NCBI GenBank assembly: GCA_963662285.2
Contig: CAXXMV010000001.1
Location: 608,001-672,000 of the forward strand
DNA: 64,000 nt
Reading direction: 5' to 3'
Source: a bacterium
GTDB lineage: Bacteria; Hinthialibacterota; Hinthialibacteria; Hinthialibacterales; Hinthialibacteraceae
Part shown: piece after piece, positions 37,948 to 47,447 of the stretch
Numbering within the stretch: position 1 is the first letter of the stretch
Layout of the letters: each line of letters begins with the position of its first letter
Position numbers and translations under genes: made by a program
Notes under the pieces: model-generated
What the model was told of the DNA's origin: nothing
Database searches by the model: none
The model's input: the letters and a program-made list of their open reading frames with translations, nothing else

Positions 37948-40562
37948 ATTACTATCCTCCTTCGCGGTTCATTTATTACATCTTTAGGAGGATCAGGAGG
38001 GGGATCTGTCTCTTCAAGCATAGAAAAGAGAGAAAGTTGTATAGGAGTTTTGTTTAAGGATCCGTGATTTGCGTCATGAGCGTCAGTTGTCTCCGGATCC
38101 ATCACGCTACACACGGTACTTACGGTGTTTTGAGTGTTTTTAGTTATCTCAAAGAGGCGCTGTGATTTTTTAGTGGTAGCATTCCATTCCGTATCATTAG
38201 GTGGGGTAACATCAATGCCAATTTTCCGTAAGGAGGGAATTAATCTACGAATTCGATTTGATAAGGTCCTTGGATAATCAGGCCAAGATTTAGTTCGCTG
38301 AATTCGTTCGGGAACATATCCGCCAAGTTCTATTAGCAGATCTTGAGCAATACCTTCCCACGTCAGTCTCGTTTCCATTAACTTTACTATGGCCGATGCG
38401 ATGGGATCTTCTTCCAATACTTTCTCAATAGCATTCGCTTGGTTTCTTTCATAAATTTCTAAAAACCTCCCAGGTGCGCACTCAAGAGCGGGTTCAGCAG
38501 CTGTAGCTAAACAGGCGAAATCAACCATTCGAGGTTTTCGCGGCAGTTGGACTTTGTTAATGTTCTTCAAAGCCACACTGAGTGCATCAAAAATTGCCCC
38601 AAGGATTAAAGGGCTTTCTCGATTAAATTTTTCCCAGAACACTGTTTCTTCAATTCGCTGTGTATCGTTAATTGGAGGAAGATGTATATTTAACATACGG
38701 TCGATCAAGTCCGGTTGGTGGGCAAAATCGACTATTCCATTTAGTATGACTGGACACAACACGTTAAATTGAATCTCTTCATCATCTGTGTACAGTTTTC
38801 GTGTGGAAAAACCGCCGCCAGTAGAAAGCCTGCAAAGAGAATCAGAATTCTCTAGAGAAAGATTTGACAGATTGTCAAACGCGAGAATTCCTTGATGTTG
38901 GACTGAAATAATCAAGTCTCTTTCATTTTTTGGAAAGGCTCTTAGGGGATTGTTAACCGGATCTATCAAAGAACGAACCACTCTTGTTGCCGTGCTCTTT
39001 GCGCTACCGTGTTCACCTTGCAAATTCAAGATTGGTTTTGGCGTATTAAGCCGGAACGCTTCTAGTATCCAACTGACCAGGAGCACCAAATCATCATCCT
39101 TTTCTAAATTAATAAACTTTTTCAGAGACTTAACCGACCCGCCGCGCCGAGGGGTGGGGAGGGGGAGCATTCCGCTCGGCTGGAGAAATCGGATTATTTC
39201 ATTTTTAGTTATATCCCAACCAGAAGATGTTATGCTTACTACTTCTCCGCATGCATTCGCCAGATCTACATAGATGGTACCGTGATTCTCCGCAATGCGC
39301 GTGTATACCTCGGATTGAGTTCCTTCGTATAATCCCTTTGCTTCTAATAGATCTATAGCATCTTGTAATGGTTGTTTGCTGAGAGATTTTTTGTATTTAT
39401 TAAAATACCTGTAATGTAGAATGCTTGATATTTTTTTGCTACGGACAGGGTATGTTTTATTACATGTCTTCTCAGATATAGTAGCATATGCTTTCTCATC
39501 TTTTGTATGGAAAAGTTCAAAGTCCGTGATAAGCGGACCGATTCCCGATGGTAAAGATTCGTCGCTTTCTGTGTTGGGAGTATTCTTCTCTTGTGAATCG
39601 TTATAATGAGCGTTCGTATGAGCAAGAGCATTTTGGATGGTTTGGCGCCGGTAATCTTCACGTTCCCATTTTTCACGATACAACTTGGATTGACGAAAAA
39701 TACGATCAATTTGGTTCAGCGACTGCGTCCAGAATGCAAGAATACAGCATAAGGCTGAATCCGCTTCAGACGCCGACCCGTATCCGGTGATATCTCCAGC
39801 GTATAACCTCTGAAACAGTGAACCATTCTTCGCTGATTTAGCACGGGCTATAAGGTCTTCATCACTCATCTTCTCGGCACAGATAGTGGCTGGAAGTGAT
39901 GCAGAATCGTCATCAAACAACTGCTGGAATAGACCGTTTAATTCAGTCGTTCGCTCTTGGATGGATAAGGATTGTCCCTTAAGACGATTCCCTGTAACAG
40001 TGAAATAGCGGCCTTGGTCATACAGTTCAATACCACCTTTGCGGTTGTGTCCAGACGGTAGGCTGCCTTTAATGATTACATGCAAGCCCTGTCCACTGGG
40101 GGTTATTTCCGTGTACGAATCCATTTTGTCGACTATTTCTTGCGCCCAATCCTCCAATCGTTCGGTGCCTGGATCGTAGCAATGGTCCAGATCAATCCCA
40201 ACATAAGGATCATCGCCAGTGAATACAAAGCCAATCCCATCAAATCCGCCGTTATTAAAACTTTGCAATGCATCATCATGAGTCGCCCAAGTAGAAAGAT
40301 CATTTATACGTGCCGGGCTACCATTGGCCTGATATGGTACTTTCGTTATCTTGCCGTTGCGCTCTTGTTTTCTCCAAAGTACCCATTGAGGTTGTTGCTT
40401 AATCTCAACAGGAATGTTTTCCTGTTTGACTTGGGGTGACTGGTTATCCATACATACTGTTGTGTTGCCCTTTGTCTTTGCGTCATTTGAAGAATCGTTG
40501 GATACCTCTACTTCCTGGGATTGCCCCATGAAATCTAAAACATCTTGACTTATACTACTCAT
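37944..40562 (-). CDS. NrS-1-like primase-polymerase fused to a helicase-like P-loop domain
   Basis: QWVLW...KVP, GIGF, GIDLD, YTEITPSGQGLH, SASEAD; GEHGSAKST, FDN, RKLYTD; RBS AAGGAG before ATG 40562; ATGA overlap with polA. Confidence 0.85.
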   Translation of the reverse strand: MSSISQDVLDFMGQSQEVEVSNDSSNDAKTKGNTTVCMDNQSPQVKQENIPVEIKQQPQWVLWRKQERNGKITKVPYQANGSPARINDLSTWATHDDALQSFNNGGFDGIGFVFTGDDPYVGIDLDHCYDPGTERLEDWAQEIVDKMDSYTEITPSGQGLHVIIKGSLPSGHNRKGGIELYDQGRYFTVTGNRLKGQSLSIQERTTELNGLFQQLFDDDSASLPATICAEKMSDEDLIARAKSAKNGSLFQRLYAGDITGYGSASEADSALCCILAFWTQSLNQIDRIFRQSKLYREKWEREDYRRQTIQNALAHTNAHYNDSQEKNTPNTESDESLPSGIGPLITDFELFHTKDEKAYATISEKTCNKTYPVRSKKISSILHYRYFNKYKKSLSKQPLQDAIDLLEAKGLYEGTQSEVYTRIAENHGTIYVDLANACGEVVSITSSGWDITKNEIIRFLQPSGMLPLPTPRRGGSVKSLKKFINLEKDDDLVLLVSWILEAFRLNTPKPILNLQGEHGSAKSTATRVVRSLIDPVNNPLRAFPKNERDLIISVQHQGILAFDNLSNLSLENSDSLCRLSTGGGFSTRKLYTDDEEIQFNVLCPVILNGIVDFAHQPDLIDRMLNIHLPPINDTQRIEETVFWEKFNRESPLILGAIFDALSVALKNINKVQLPRKPRMVDFACLATAAEPALECAPGRFLEIYERNQANAIEKVLEEDPIASAIVKLMETRLTWEGIAQDLLIELGGYVPERIQRTKSWPDYPRTLSNRIRRLIPSLRKIGIDVTPPNDTEWNATTKKSQRLFEITKNTQNTVSTVCSVMDPETTDAHDANHGSLNKTPIQLSLFSMLEETDPPPDPPKDVINEPRRRIVI
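38062..38136. repeat. Iteron-like motifs in the primase 3' end
   Basis: CCGTGATTTGCGTCATGA is the exact 18-bp reverse complement of 43423-43440; ATCACGCTACACAC at 38101 resembles ATCACGGTACACAC at 43434. Confidence 0.6.
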
Positions 40563-40800
40563 AACAGAACTCCTTATAGTTTTGTCAGGGAGGGGCTTCC
40601 GCATTAACTGGCCAGTTTTGTTTGGAGCCTCTCCCGCTTAAAAATCTGTGTAACCGTTAATAGCCGTTACCGCTAAAATTATAATCACTATACTTTTACA
40701 GCAAGTAACGTTCCATTGTTAATAATAAAAAAAATTAACCTTTCATAAATACTTGAAATCACATTGTTTACATGTCTATGATAATTGACCACAAAACATG

Positions 40801-40882
40801 TCAGGAATCATGAAAACAGTTTCGGGAATGTTCGGATTGATTATTAATTGAATCAGGAATCGATGTATGCATTTTGGGAATT
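40801..40882 (+). promoter_or_regulatory. Four phased TYRGGAAT direct repeats
   Basis: Starts at 40801, 40822, 40853 and 40874 (spacings 21, 31, 21 bp). Confidence 0.55.
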
Positions 40883-40889
40883 CTTATTG

Positions 40890-41510
40890 GTGGGTTACCC
40901 AGTAGGTGGCCTGCTAAGACTGGAGTTTATTCACACGAACAATTGAAAAGGCTTGGTGTAGGGTCACATTAAATACTCTGCATTCGCTCACTGTGCTACG
41001 GTGAACCATCGAGTGTTGGTTAGTGTGATATACCAATGATCAGTGGGTTTAACTAACCCCATAGTCGCCCGGTGTGATCCGACTTGCGCTAGGGCCATAT
41101 TGTTCAAAGGGTTCTTATTCAACTCGAACAGGGAAGACTGAATAAAGAGGCTTACACGGGCTAAAAGATAGATTTCGAAAGGGTGAAGGTAACCGTTCTA
41201 GCGCCATCGCCATGAATCTGTCGAAAAACACCATAAAGAAACACAACCGCATGGCGGAGCAACATGTATTTCTCGGTACCTTCAAACCGCTGCCATCCAT
41301 CGAAGAACTAGGCGGCGCCCCTATCATCACCCCAACTCATGCACAGTAAGGTAGAACCGTATGAAGAACAAACCTGTCTTTTGTTGGACGCCGAAACTGG
41401 GTAGCAAACTATCAGGCTGCGCTTGCATAACGACTACGGGTATAGCGGGAGTTATTCGTCCTGGCGGCTGGAAGAACCTGTACCTGAAAGAACCAGAGGT
41501 GTTCTGCTGA
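40890..41510 (+). ncRNA. Candidate large structured ncRNA of unknown class
   Basis: No credible ORF; more than ten complementary segments of 6-11 bp, including a 10-bp helix 40894-40903/41396-41405; G-U pairs and A-rich linkers favour the + strand. Confidence 0.55.
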
Positions 41511-41558
41511 TCAATTTCAAATACTATTCGCAGCGATTCTTTTATTTGCTTGATACAA

Positions 41559-43289
41559 TTAACTGTGATCACAAATATAAAACGGGTATTTTTCTTTCTT
41601 TTCTCTTAATGCTCCAGAAGGGTGGTTATTTCGAATAGTATTTTCCGGTTTGCTAAATTTAACACTGGCTCCTTTAACATCATAACCAGAAAAATATAAA
41701 TATCCGCCGACAGACTTTTCCCGTTGTGAAAGACAGTAGGCCATATATATACTTTGCGCAGATGGTGTATTTTCCAACGTTACACCGTCCTCATCTAACT
41801 TATCCTTGAAATTCTCTACGATAATATCGGGCGTCACCGTATACCCAACCTTATTGCCAAAAAGATGATGTTCGTTTACTGATGCATATAGTTTCTCAAT
41901 CCCGCTAATCAACTCACGAACGTTTCCGCTGTTAAACAGGAATGAGCCATACATCATGAGCGCTGTTGGTGTAAAAGATATTTTGTTATTAGTGTTTGTT
42001 GCGCTGTATTTTTTATATCCAGGTAGATAATGAAGACTTAAAAGTATCCGGTCAAAATCACGGTCTTTAAGTGGGGGAACGCAGATCGCATTATCGACTT
42101 TTAACCGGTATAATAAATCGTGTTGTACTGCTGCCAGGAGTTTTTCTTTATCGAGATTTGATGCCACTATGATTTTAACTTCAACCCCAATATCTGTGTC
42201 GCTACCCAGTCTCCTGATCTTCTTTTCTTCTAAAAAGCGGAGAAGCATGGCTTGGCATTTGGAATCTAAGTGGTGGATTTCATCGAGAAATACGATTCCA
42301 TCATTAGCTTGTTCAAATAATCCTTTATGCTGCTTGTAAGCACCCGTGAAAGCCCCCTTTTCGTGGCCGAATAATAAACTGTATGCCGTGTTTCCGGATA
42401 CCGACGCACAATTGAATGAATGTATATCAGATTTGGTCAATTTACTAATGGATTGGCTAACTAGTTCTTTGCCTGTTCCCGTTTCTCCCAGAATGAAGAT
42501 AGGATCATTGTTATAATTGACTATGACATTCTTCATTACCTTTACTATTGCGGGACTGTAGCCTTGCCAATCATCGAACGCTCCTGGGAAATTGTTTTTA
42601 ATCTTGTTGTAATCTTCGTCCGGAGTTATTTTTTCTTCAATTTCTTTTCGCATCGCGATAGTTTTTGATTCCCATCCTTCAGACCAGTTCTTCTGGTCAT
42701 CATAAATTTCACAGCAAAGAATATCCGCTTTATCAAATTCTTCTAAAATGATATAGGTTTCGGCCAGGATGTCCTTGAGTGAAAGTAGAATGGAGACGAC
42801 AAAACCATGTAAATTAAATGATAGTGGAGGTTCTGATTCATATCGATAATGGAGTTCAATATTTTGGTTTTCAAATGGCTTAATTGTTTCAATAAGCAGC
42901 AACAACATTTGAGCATGCTTTTTTAACTTTTCTATTCCGTTTGGTATTGTCCACCAGTAGTCGCCTGGTTCCATACCCACGTATAATTCAGATGTGATCT
43001 CTTGTTGTGATGAAGAAAAAGAAGACATTATATTTATATCTGTACATCGTTTAAAAAAAGCATAATCGATTTCACTGCTGATATCCAAATCAAAAAAATC
43101 TTTAATAACTGTTTCTATGAAAGGATAAGAATCGGAAAAGAAAATCGATTCCGCATCGTTTCTATCGATACTAAGAGTTGTTGCTGCCTTATAAAAATTT
43201 GTCATCCAATCTTCGCCAAATGGACTTCTTATTTGGACGTTAGGAATTATTGATTCCATCTGCGCTGCAATAAGGTCGGCGTGACGCAT
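41559..43289 (-). CDS. Sigma54-dependent enhancer-binding protein with unrecognised N-terminal domain
   Basis: GETGTGKE, LFGHEKGAFTGA, VFLDEI, DLLYRL, GNVREL; C-terminal HTH-like segment. Confidence 0.88.
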   Translation of the reverse strand: MRHADLIAAQMESIIPNVQIRSPFGEDWMTNFYKAATTLSIDRNDAESIFFSDSYPFIETVIKDFFDLDISSEIDYAFFKRCTDINIMSSFSSSQQEITSELYVGMEPGDYWWTIPNGIEKLKKHAQMLLLLIETIKPFENQNIELHYRYESEPPLSFNLHGFVVSILLSLKDILAETYIILEEFDKADILCCEIYDDQKNWSEGWESKTIAMRKEIEEKITPDEDYNKIKNNFPGAFDDWQGYSPAIVKVMKNVIVNYNNDPIFILGETGTGKELVSQSISKLTKSDIHSFNCASVSGNTAYSLLFGHEKGAFTGAYKQHKGLFEQANDGIVFLDEIHHLDSKCQAMLLRFLEEKKIRRLGSDTDIGVEVKIIVASNLDKEKLLAAVQHDLLYRLKVDNAICVPPLKDRDFDRILLSLHYLPGYKKYSATNTNNKISFTPTALMMYGSFLFNSGNVRELISGIEKLYASVNEHHLFGNKVGYTVTPDIIVENFKDKLDEDGVTLENTPSAQSIYMAYCLSQREKSVGGYLYFSGYDVKGASVKFSKPENTIRNNHPSGALREKKEKYPFYICDHS

Positions 43290-43373
43290 GATCCCTCCAG
43301 TTGTATTGGGGTGGTTGAATTACATATTTACTCTAAGATTACAAGCCCTTTATACGGGAATTACACCATCTTG

Positions 43374-43388
43374 GCAATATGCGTGCCA
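43374..43388 (-). promoter_or_regulatory. Sigma54 -24/-12 promoter
   Basis: Minus strand reads TGGCAC-GCATA-TTGC, an exact consensus match ~85 bp upstream of the bEBP start. Confidence 0.75.
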
Positions 43389-43422
43389 TTTTAGTTATTT
43401 TTTAATACAATTCATTTTTTAT

Positions 43423-43594
43423 TCATGACGCAAATCACGGTACACACAGTGTTTTTTGAAAATAATATAATATTCTATACCTTAGTATGACTATTATATA
43501 CTACTATTTCTCTTCTTAAAAAGGAAAACAACCGTGATTTGCGTGTGTTGCGTGATGGCAAAGAAGATTCCACACGATCCTGACGCAAATCACG
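43423..43594. repeat. Cluster of ACGCAAATCACG repeats around an AT-rich core
   Basis: Copies at 43426-43439 (+), 43531-43544 (-) and 43581-43594 (+). Confidence 0.7.
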
Positions 43595-43608
43595 CAGTAA
43601 TGTAAAAA

Positions 43609-44739
43609 TCATTCCGCTCTCCACAACGTCGCGGCTATATACCGCTCCGGTGACTGATTGTCGCAGAAATAATAGACTGTGACAATAACACCATCCGGGC
43701 ATTGGATGGTTCGAGGGTAGCCAATATCCCGGCTGATACCATCTTCGCGTAAGCTGATGGGTTCGCTCCAGGTTTTTCCTTCATCCCCGCTGATCTGAGT
43801 CCGGATACTGAACGGTTCGGCGCGGTATCCATATGTCAGGCAAATCCGGCCATCTTGCAAACGGATCATACTGGGTGGATTGCCTTCACCAATGTCATCA
43901 GCGGGCGTGCTCCATGGTTGCCATTCTTTTCCGTTGTTTTCTGACCGGTATATATCTATCCAACGTTTATTCCCTTCGCGCTTTCGAAGAGCTACAATGA
44001 GATTCGTATCGGAAAGCCTGACGGAAGACGGCATAATGGAAAATCCTTCCGGTTCCGGTCCAATCCATGAAATCCGGTGCCAGGTTATTCCGCCATCTTG
44101 CGTACGGGCGCAGAAAGAACGCCCTTCAAGGCCATTTTTCTTAGCACATGTCAAAAAGGCCGTGCACTCTTTCGAAGAATCGACAATATAATCAGTCCGG
44201 GCGGCGATCCCTTTAACCCCATTTATCAACAAATCGAATGGCCCCTTCCAGTGATGTCCCCGGTCGTATGAATAATAGAATAATGAGGGGCCGGTGTTAC
44301 TATCCAGCATACGCATCGTCATGGCAAAATCGGGATGCGTAAAATCAATCTTTGTTGTATTTGGAATAGGTACAGGAGGGATAAGATGCGGGGGACGTTC
44401 TCCATGAAGCGCGGTTCCCCACGGTACAATGGTTTCAGAGGGATCTTCAACCGCCTAGGATTGCCCGCCATCGATACTTCTGGCAAACAGATGCTCTTCG
44501 GGCTGTTCGCGGTCTATATGATGCCTGTCGCCTAAATCCTTGTAATAACCACGGCTGAATCCAACCAGAATTTCATCGCCCCAATTCCAAATACCATGAT
44601 TAGCAGGCCAGCCTCCGAACCGTCCTTCCTCCCTGTATACTGTCACATGATTAATAACCGTAATCTTCGTATCCGCTTGAGTTGTAATCAAGATAACAAA
44701 AACAAAAAAGAAAATGAGCATCGTCTTAATACAGGACAT
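43609..44739 (-). pseudogene. Secreted BNR/Asp-box (sialidase-like) protein with one in-frame TAG
   Basis: ORFs 44455-44739 and 43609-44322 are in frame; SIDGGQS* has the stop at the Asp-box Trp; further boxes SYDRGHHW, TQDGGITW, SENNGKEW, SGDEGKTW. Confidence 0.8.
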
Positions 44740-44999
44740 TATAAATCCCTTTCTTCACAAACCCGTCGGTAAAAAGGTGACTGTGACTGAAAACTGTTTT
44801 ATCACAACGGCGTAACAGTAACAATAGAAGATCCTTAATCTGCTCACAAACGAAGCACAATTTCCCATATTCTCCAAACATGCTTATTATGATATGCCCA
44901 ATCGACCGTAGAAGCCGTATGGTGATTTAACTAAATTTTTTATCAAGGACAAATATATGAAATTAAAAAGAACTCATCCTTATAAGGAGGTAAAGTCAA

Positions 45000-45155
45000 A
45001 TGAAGATTGCAAAGTATACAAAGTCACTGACGATTGTCTTGGAAGAAGAAATTTATAACCACATCAAGCAGATCAGTGAGGAGCGAGAGACCAGTATGGG
45101 CGAAATCGTTCGTGAGATCGTCGATACGCATTTTAAACAAAACAAAAAACTATAG
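45000..45155 (+). CDS. Ribbon-helix-helix (CopG-like) protein, 51 aa, absent from ORF track
   Basis: MKIAKYTKSLTIVLEEEIYNHIKQISEERETSMGEIVREIVDTHFKQNKKL; RBS AAGGAGG. Confidence 0.75.
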   Translation: MKIAKYTKSLTIVLEEEIYNHIKQISEERETSMGEIVREIVDTHFKQNKKL

Positions 45156-45167
45156 GAGAGAAATATT

Positions 45168-45608
45168 ATGTTTAATAGTCAAGAAATAAATTTAACAGAG
45201 GTGAACGATTTTTATAACGATTTGTATAAAGATCGTAAAGAAGAAGCGAGTGCTCCGGAAGAAGTAAAGGCTAGTTCAGGTGTTCCCAATGGTGAATATA
45301 AAGTATCTGTGAACAATGTGCGTTTATCAGAATCAAAGAGTGGAAAACCACAATTAAAATGGGTGCTTGAAATCGAAAAAGGCGCTTACCAGGAAGATCT
45401 ATTATGGCATTGCAATACTCTGACGAAGAGTAAAGAATCGATGGATCAGTTACGGCGGGATCTATCCAAATTCGGTGTTAAATTGGATTCTCTGGATGAT
45501 CTGAGAAACCAAAAATTTCTGAGCCAGTTTGTAGGCCGCTGTTTGATTGTTTGTGTTGAGAGAGACAACACATTCGTGAATGCGCATTTCTTAAAAGCGA
45601 TAGATTAA
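45168..45608 (+). CDS. DUF669-like (phage SSB-like) protein
   Basis: VPNGEYKVSV...ESKSGKPQLKWVLEI...DLSKFG...FVGR. Confidence 0.7.
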   Translation: MFNSQEINLTEVNDFYNDLYKDRKEEASAPEEVKASSGVPNGEYKVSVNNVRLSESKSGKPQLKWVLEIEKGAYQEDLLWHCNTLTKSKESMDQLRRDLSKFGVKLDSLDDLRNQKFLSQFVGRCLIVCVERDNTFVNAHFLKAID

Positions 45609-45953
45609 AATCAAGCGGGCATAAACCGCTCTATCTGTCTATAAAAAACTTTCAAAATCTGGGGTCTCTCCAGCACTTCTGCTGGTAAAAAATACACAGA
45701 AGTATTAGAAAACAAGAATGGAAATGGCGCCAGCGCAAGTACTGGTTTTTATTATGACAAAGATCATATTGCAGCGGTTTTTGAATACTGTGCTAAAAGC
45801 ATTCGAGAAGGTGGTATCGTCATAAATGATAGTAAGTCTGCTTCCCAAAAGATAGTTCGGGACGCATCGGTTCAATCGAAAGCGCTCGTTAATAACAGTG
45901 GGATAGTACAAAACACTAATATCGAAGCAGCGGTAAAAAGGCAACCATATCGA

Positions 45954-46271
45954 TTGAAAGCAGAAATTTTTGATGTTCAAGTTAAACAGGATCCAAAATC
46001 AGGGAAAGAAAATGTTCAGTGGGGTTTGATACCTATTGATCTTGATGCTCCTAAGGATAAATATTGGCAAACAACATGGGTCAATTGCAAAGATAACAAC
46101 AGATATCTGAAAGATAATTTATCCATCTGCGGTTATCCTGATGCAACAGTGGAAGATTTGAAAAAACCAGATTTCGTACAGCAATTGATTGGAATACAAG
46201 TTTGGATAAAGGTCACTCCAAGTAGTGGAGATTACTGGAATACATGCATCGAAAGGAGATTCTATAAATAA
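45954..46271 (+). CDS. Divergent DUF669-like paralog, start uncertain
   Basis: KSGKENVQW...LKDNLSICG...DLKKPDFVQQLIG parallels its neighbours; frame open from 45645 without an ATG. Confidence 0.5.
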   Translation: MKAEIFDVQVKQDPKSGKENVQWGLIPIDLDAPKDKYWQTTWVNCKDNNRYLKDNLSICGYPDATVEDLKKPDFVQQLIGIQVWIKVTPSSGDYWNTCIERRFYK

Positions 46272-46443
46272 TGCTTGAAGCTCCGAGAGAGAAAATCTTT
46301 CGATACAAGACTCAAGAGCAAATAGTCGGCATTACCCAGAACCGGGATAAGTTAGTAAAAGTACGCACCACTTTGAAGACGAAGATAAATAATATTTTTG
46401 TCAACTCATGGTGGTGCGTATACTTATTATAGGAGATTAACAA

Positions 46444-46977
46444 ATGAATAAAGAATCAGATAGTACTTTACTTAATCTAAGCGATAGTACATCAAATGCG
46501 AATGATCAAATTATTTTCTACGAAAGCCATTGTTCATATAATAACAATGATAATTCAATTGAAAGGAGTGACTTGATAACTGATCGAGAAGAATTAGCGA
46601 ATGTTGATGATTTCTATCAAAAATTGAAGGAAAGAATGACAATTTCTTCTGTTGTAATCCCAAATGGAAAATATACCGTATCGGTTGTTGCCATGAAACT
46701 CAAAAAAACTACTGAGGGATATTTACAATTAGTGTGGACGCTTAAGATCATCGGAAAATTGGAAGAATTAGTGATAGAGCATAAAAACAATATAGTTGTT
46801 ACTTATAAACCCTTAAAACGGCTGATAAAGGATCTCGCAATATTTGGTGTTTCAATAAATAATATTACCGAATTGGATGATCCGAAATTCTATAAACAAT
46901 TTATTGGAAGAAAACTAGAAATAAAAACCAAACAAAAGATTGTAAGTTACAGCACTAATTTCTTGAAAATTCTGTAA
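46444..46977 (+). CDS. DUF669-like paralog
   Basis: VDDFY...IPNGKYTVSV...QLVWTLKI...DLAIFG...QFIGR; RBS AGGAG. Confidence 0.7.
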   Translation: MNKESDSTLLNLSDSTSNANDQIIFYESHCSYNNNDNSIERSDLITDREELANVDDFYQKLKERMTISSVVIPNGKYTVSVVAMKLKKTTEGYLQLVWTLKIIGKLEELVIEHKNNIVVTYKPLKRLIKDLAIFGVSINNITELDDPKFYKQFIGRKLEIKTKQKIVSYSTNFLKIL

Positions 46978-47055
46978 TAATTGACAACAAAAATTCTGTG
47001 GATCGAGGCATCGAAAGGAGAAGAATATTAGACGATGCGCAAAGTTCAAAAATCA

Positions 47056-47100
47056 AAGAAGGCTGGAGTCGTTTTTAGTGAAATGGCTCTGGCTTTTTTC
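47056..47100 (+). terminator. Probable terminator after the DUF669 cluster
   Basis: Imperfect stem GGCTGGAGTCGTTT / AAATGGCTCTGGCT followed by T run. Confidence 0.5.
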
Positions 47101-47447
47101 AACTTTGGAATTGCAGATATATTCTCTCATTTATTTATCCGGTATAGCAACAAAGGTCAAACTCACGGGTTGACTTGTGGGTTTCATTATCCTAGAACCG
47201 GGAACCTTACTAAGTGCTTGTATCGCACCTAACGGAATAATTCTATTTTGGGAATGAACGCAATCGAATATGTGGAAACTATCACTTACGACAGAACAAC
47301 CAAGCTATAACTCCCAGGATGACAATCTTCTTCGACAGATAAGTGAGTTAAACAAGTCGCTCTTGAATATGATGGAAGGAATGCCGTATCCAGTCATTGT
47401 TGAATACTCCTATATATTAAATCAAAAATAAAGACTCAAAAGAAAAC

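Noticed and set aside
40890-41510. Group II intron, group I intron or retron msr-msd
   Set aside because: GAACCGTATG at ~41354 lacks a local domain V partner; the R-like (ACGACTA) and S-like (ATAGTCG) words are in the wrong order for group I; no reverse transcriptase is in the window.
41115-41638. Short ORFs 41115-41330, 41327-41572 and 41423-41638
   Set aside because: No recognisable motifs or clear RBS; they overlap the structured region or the bEBP end.
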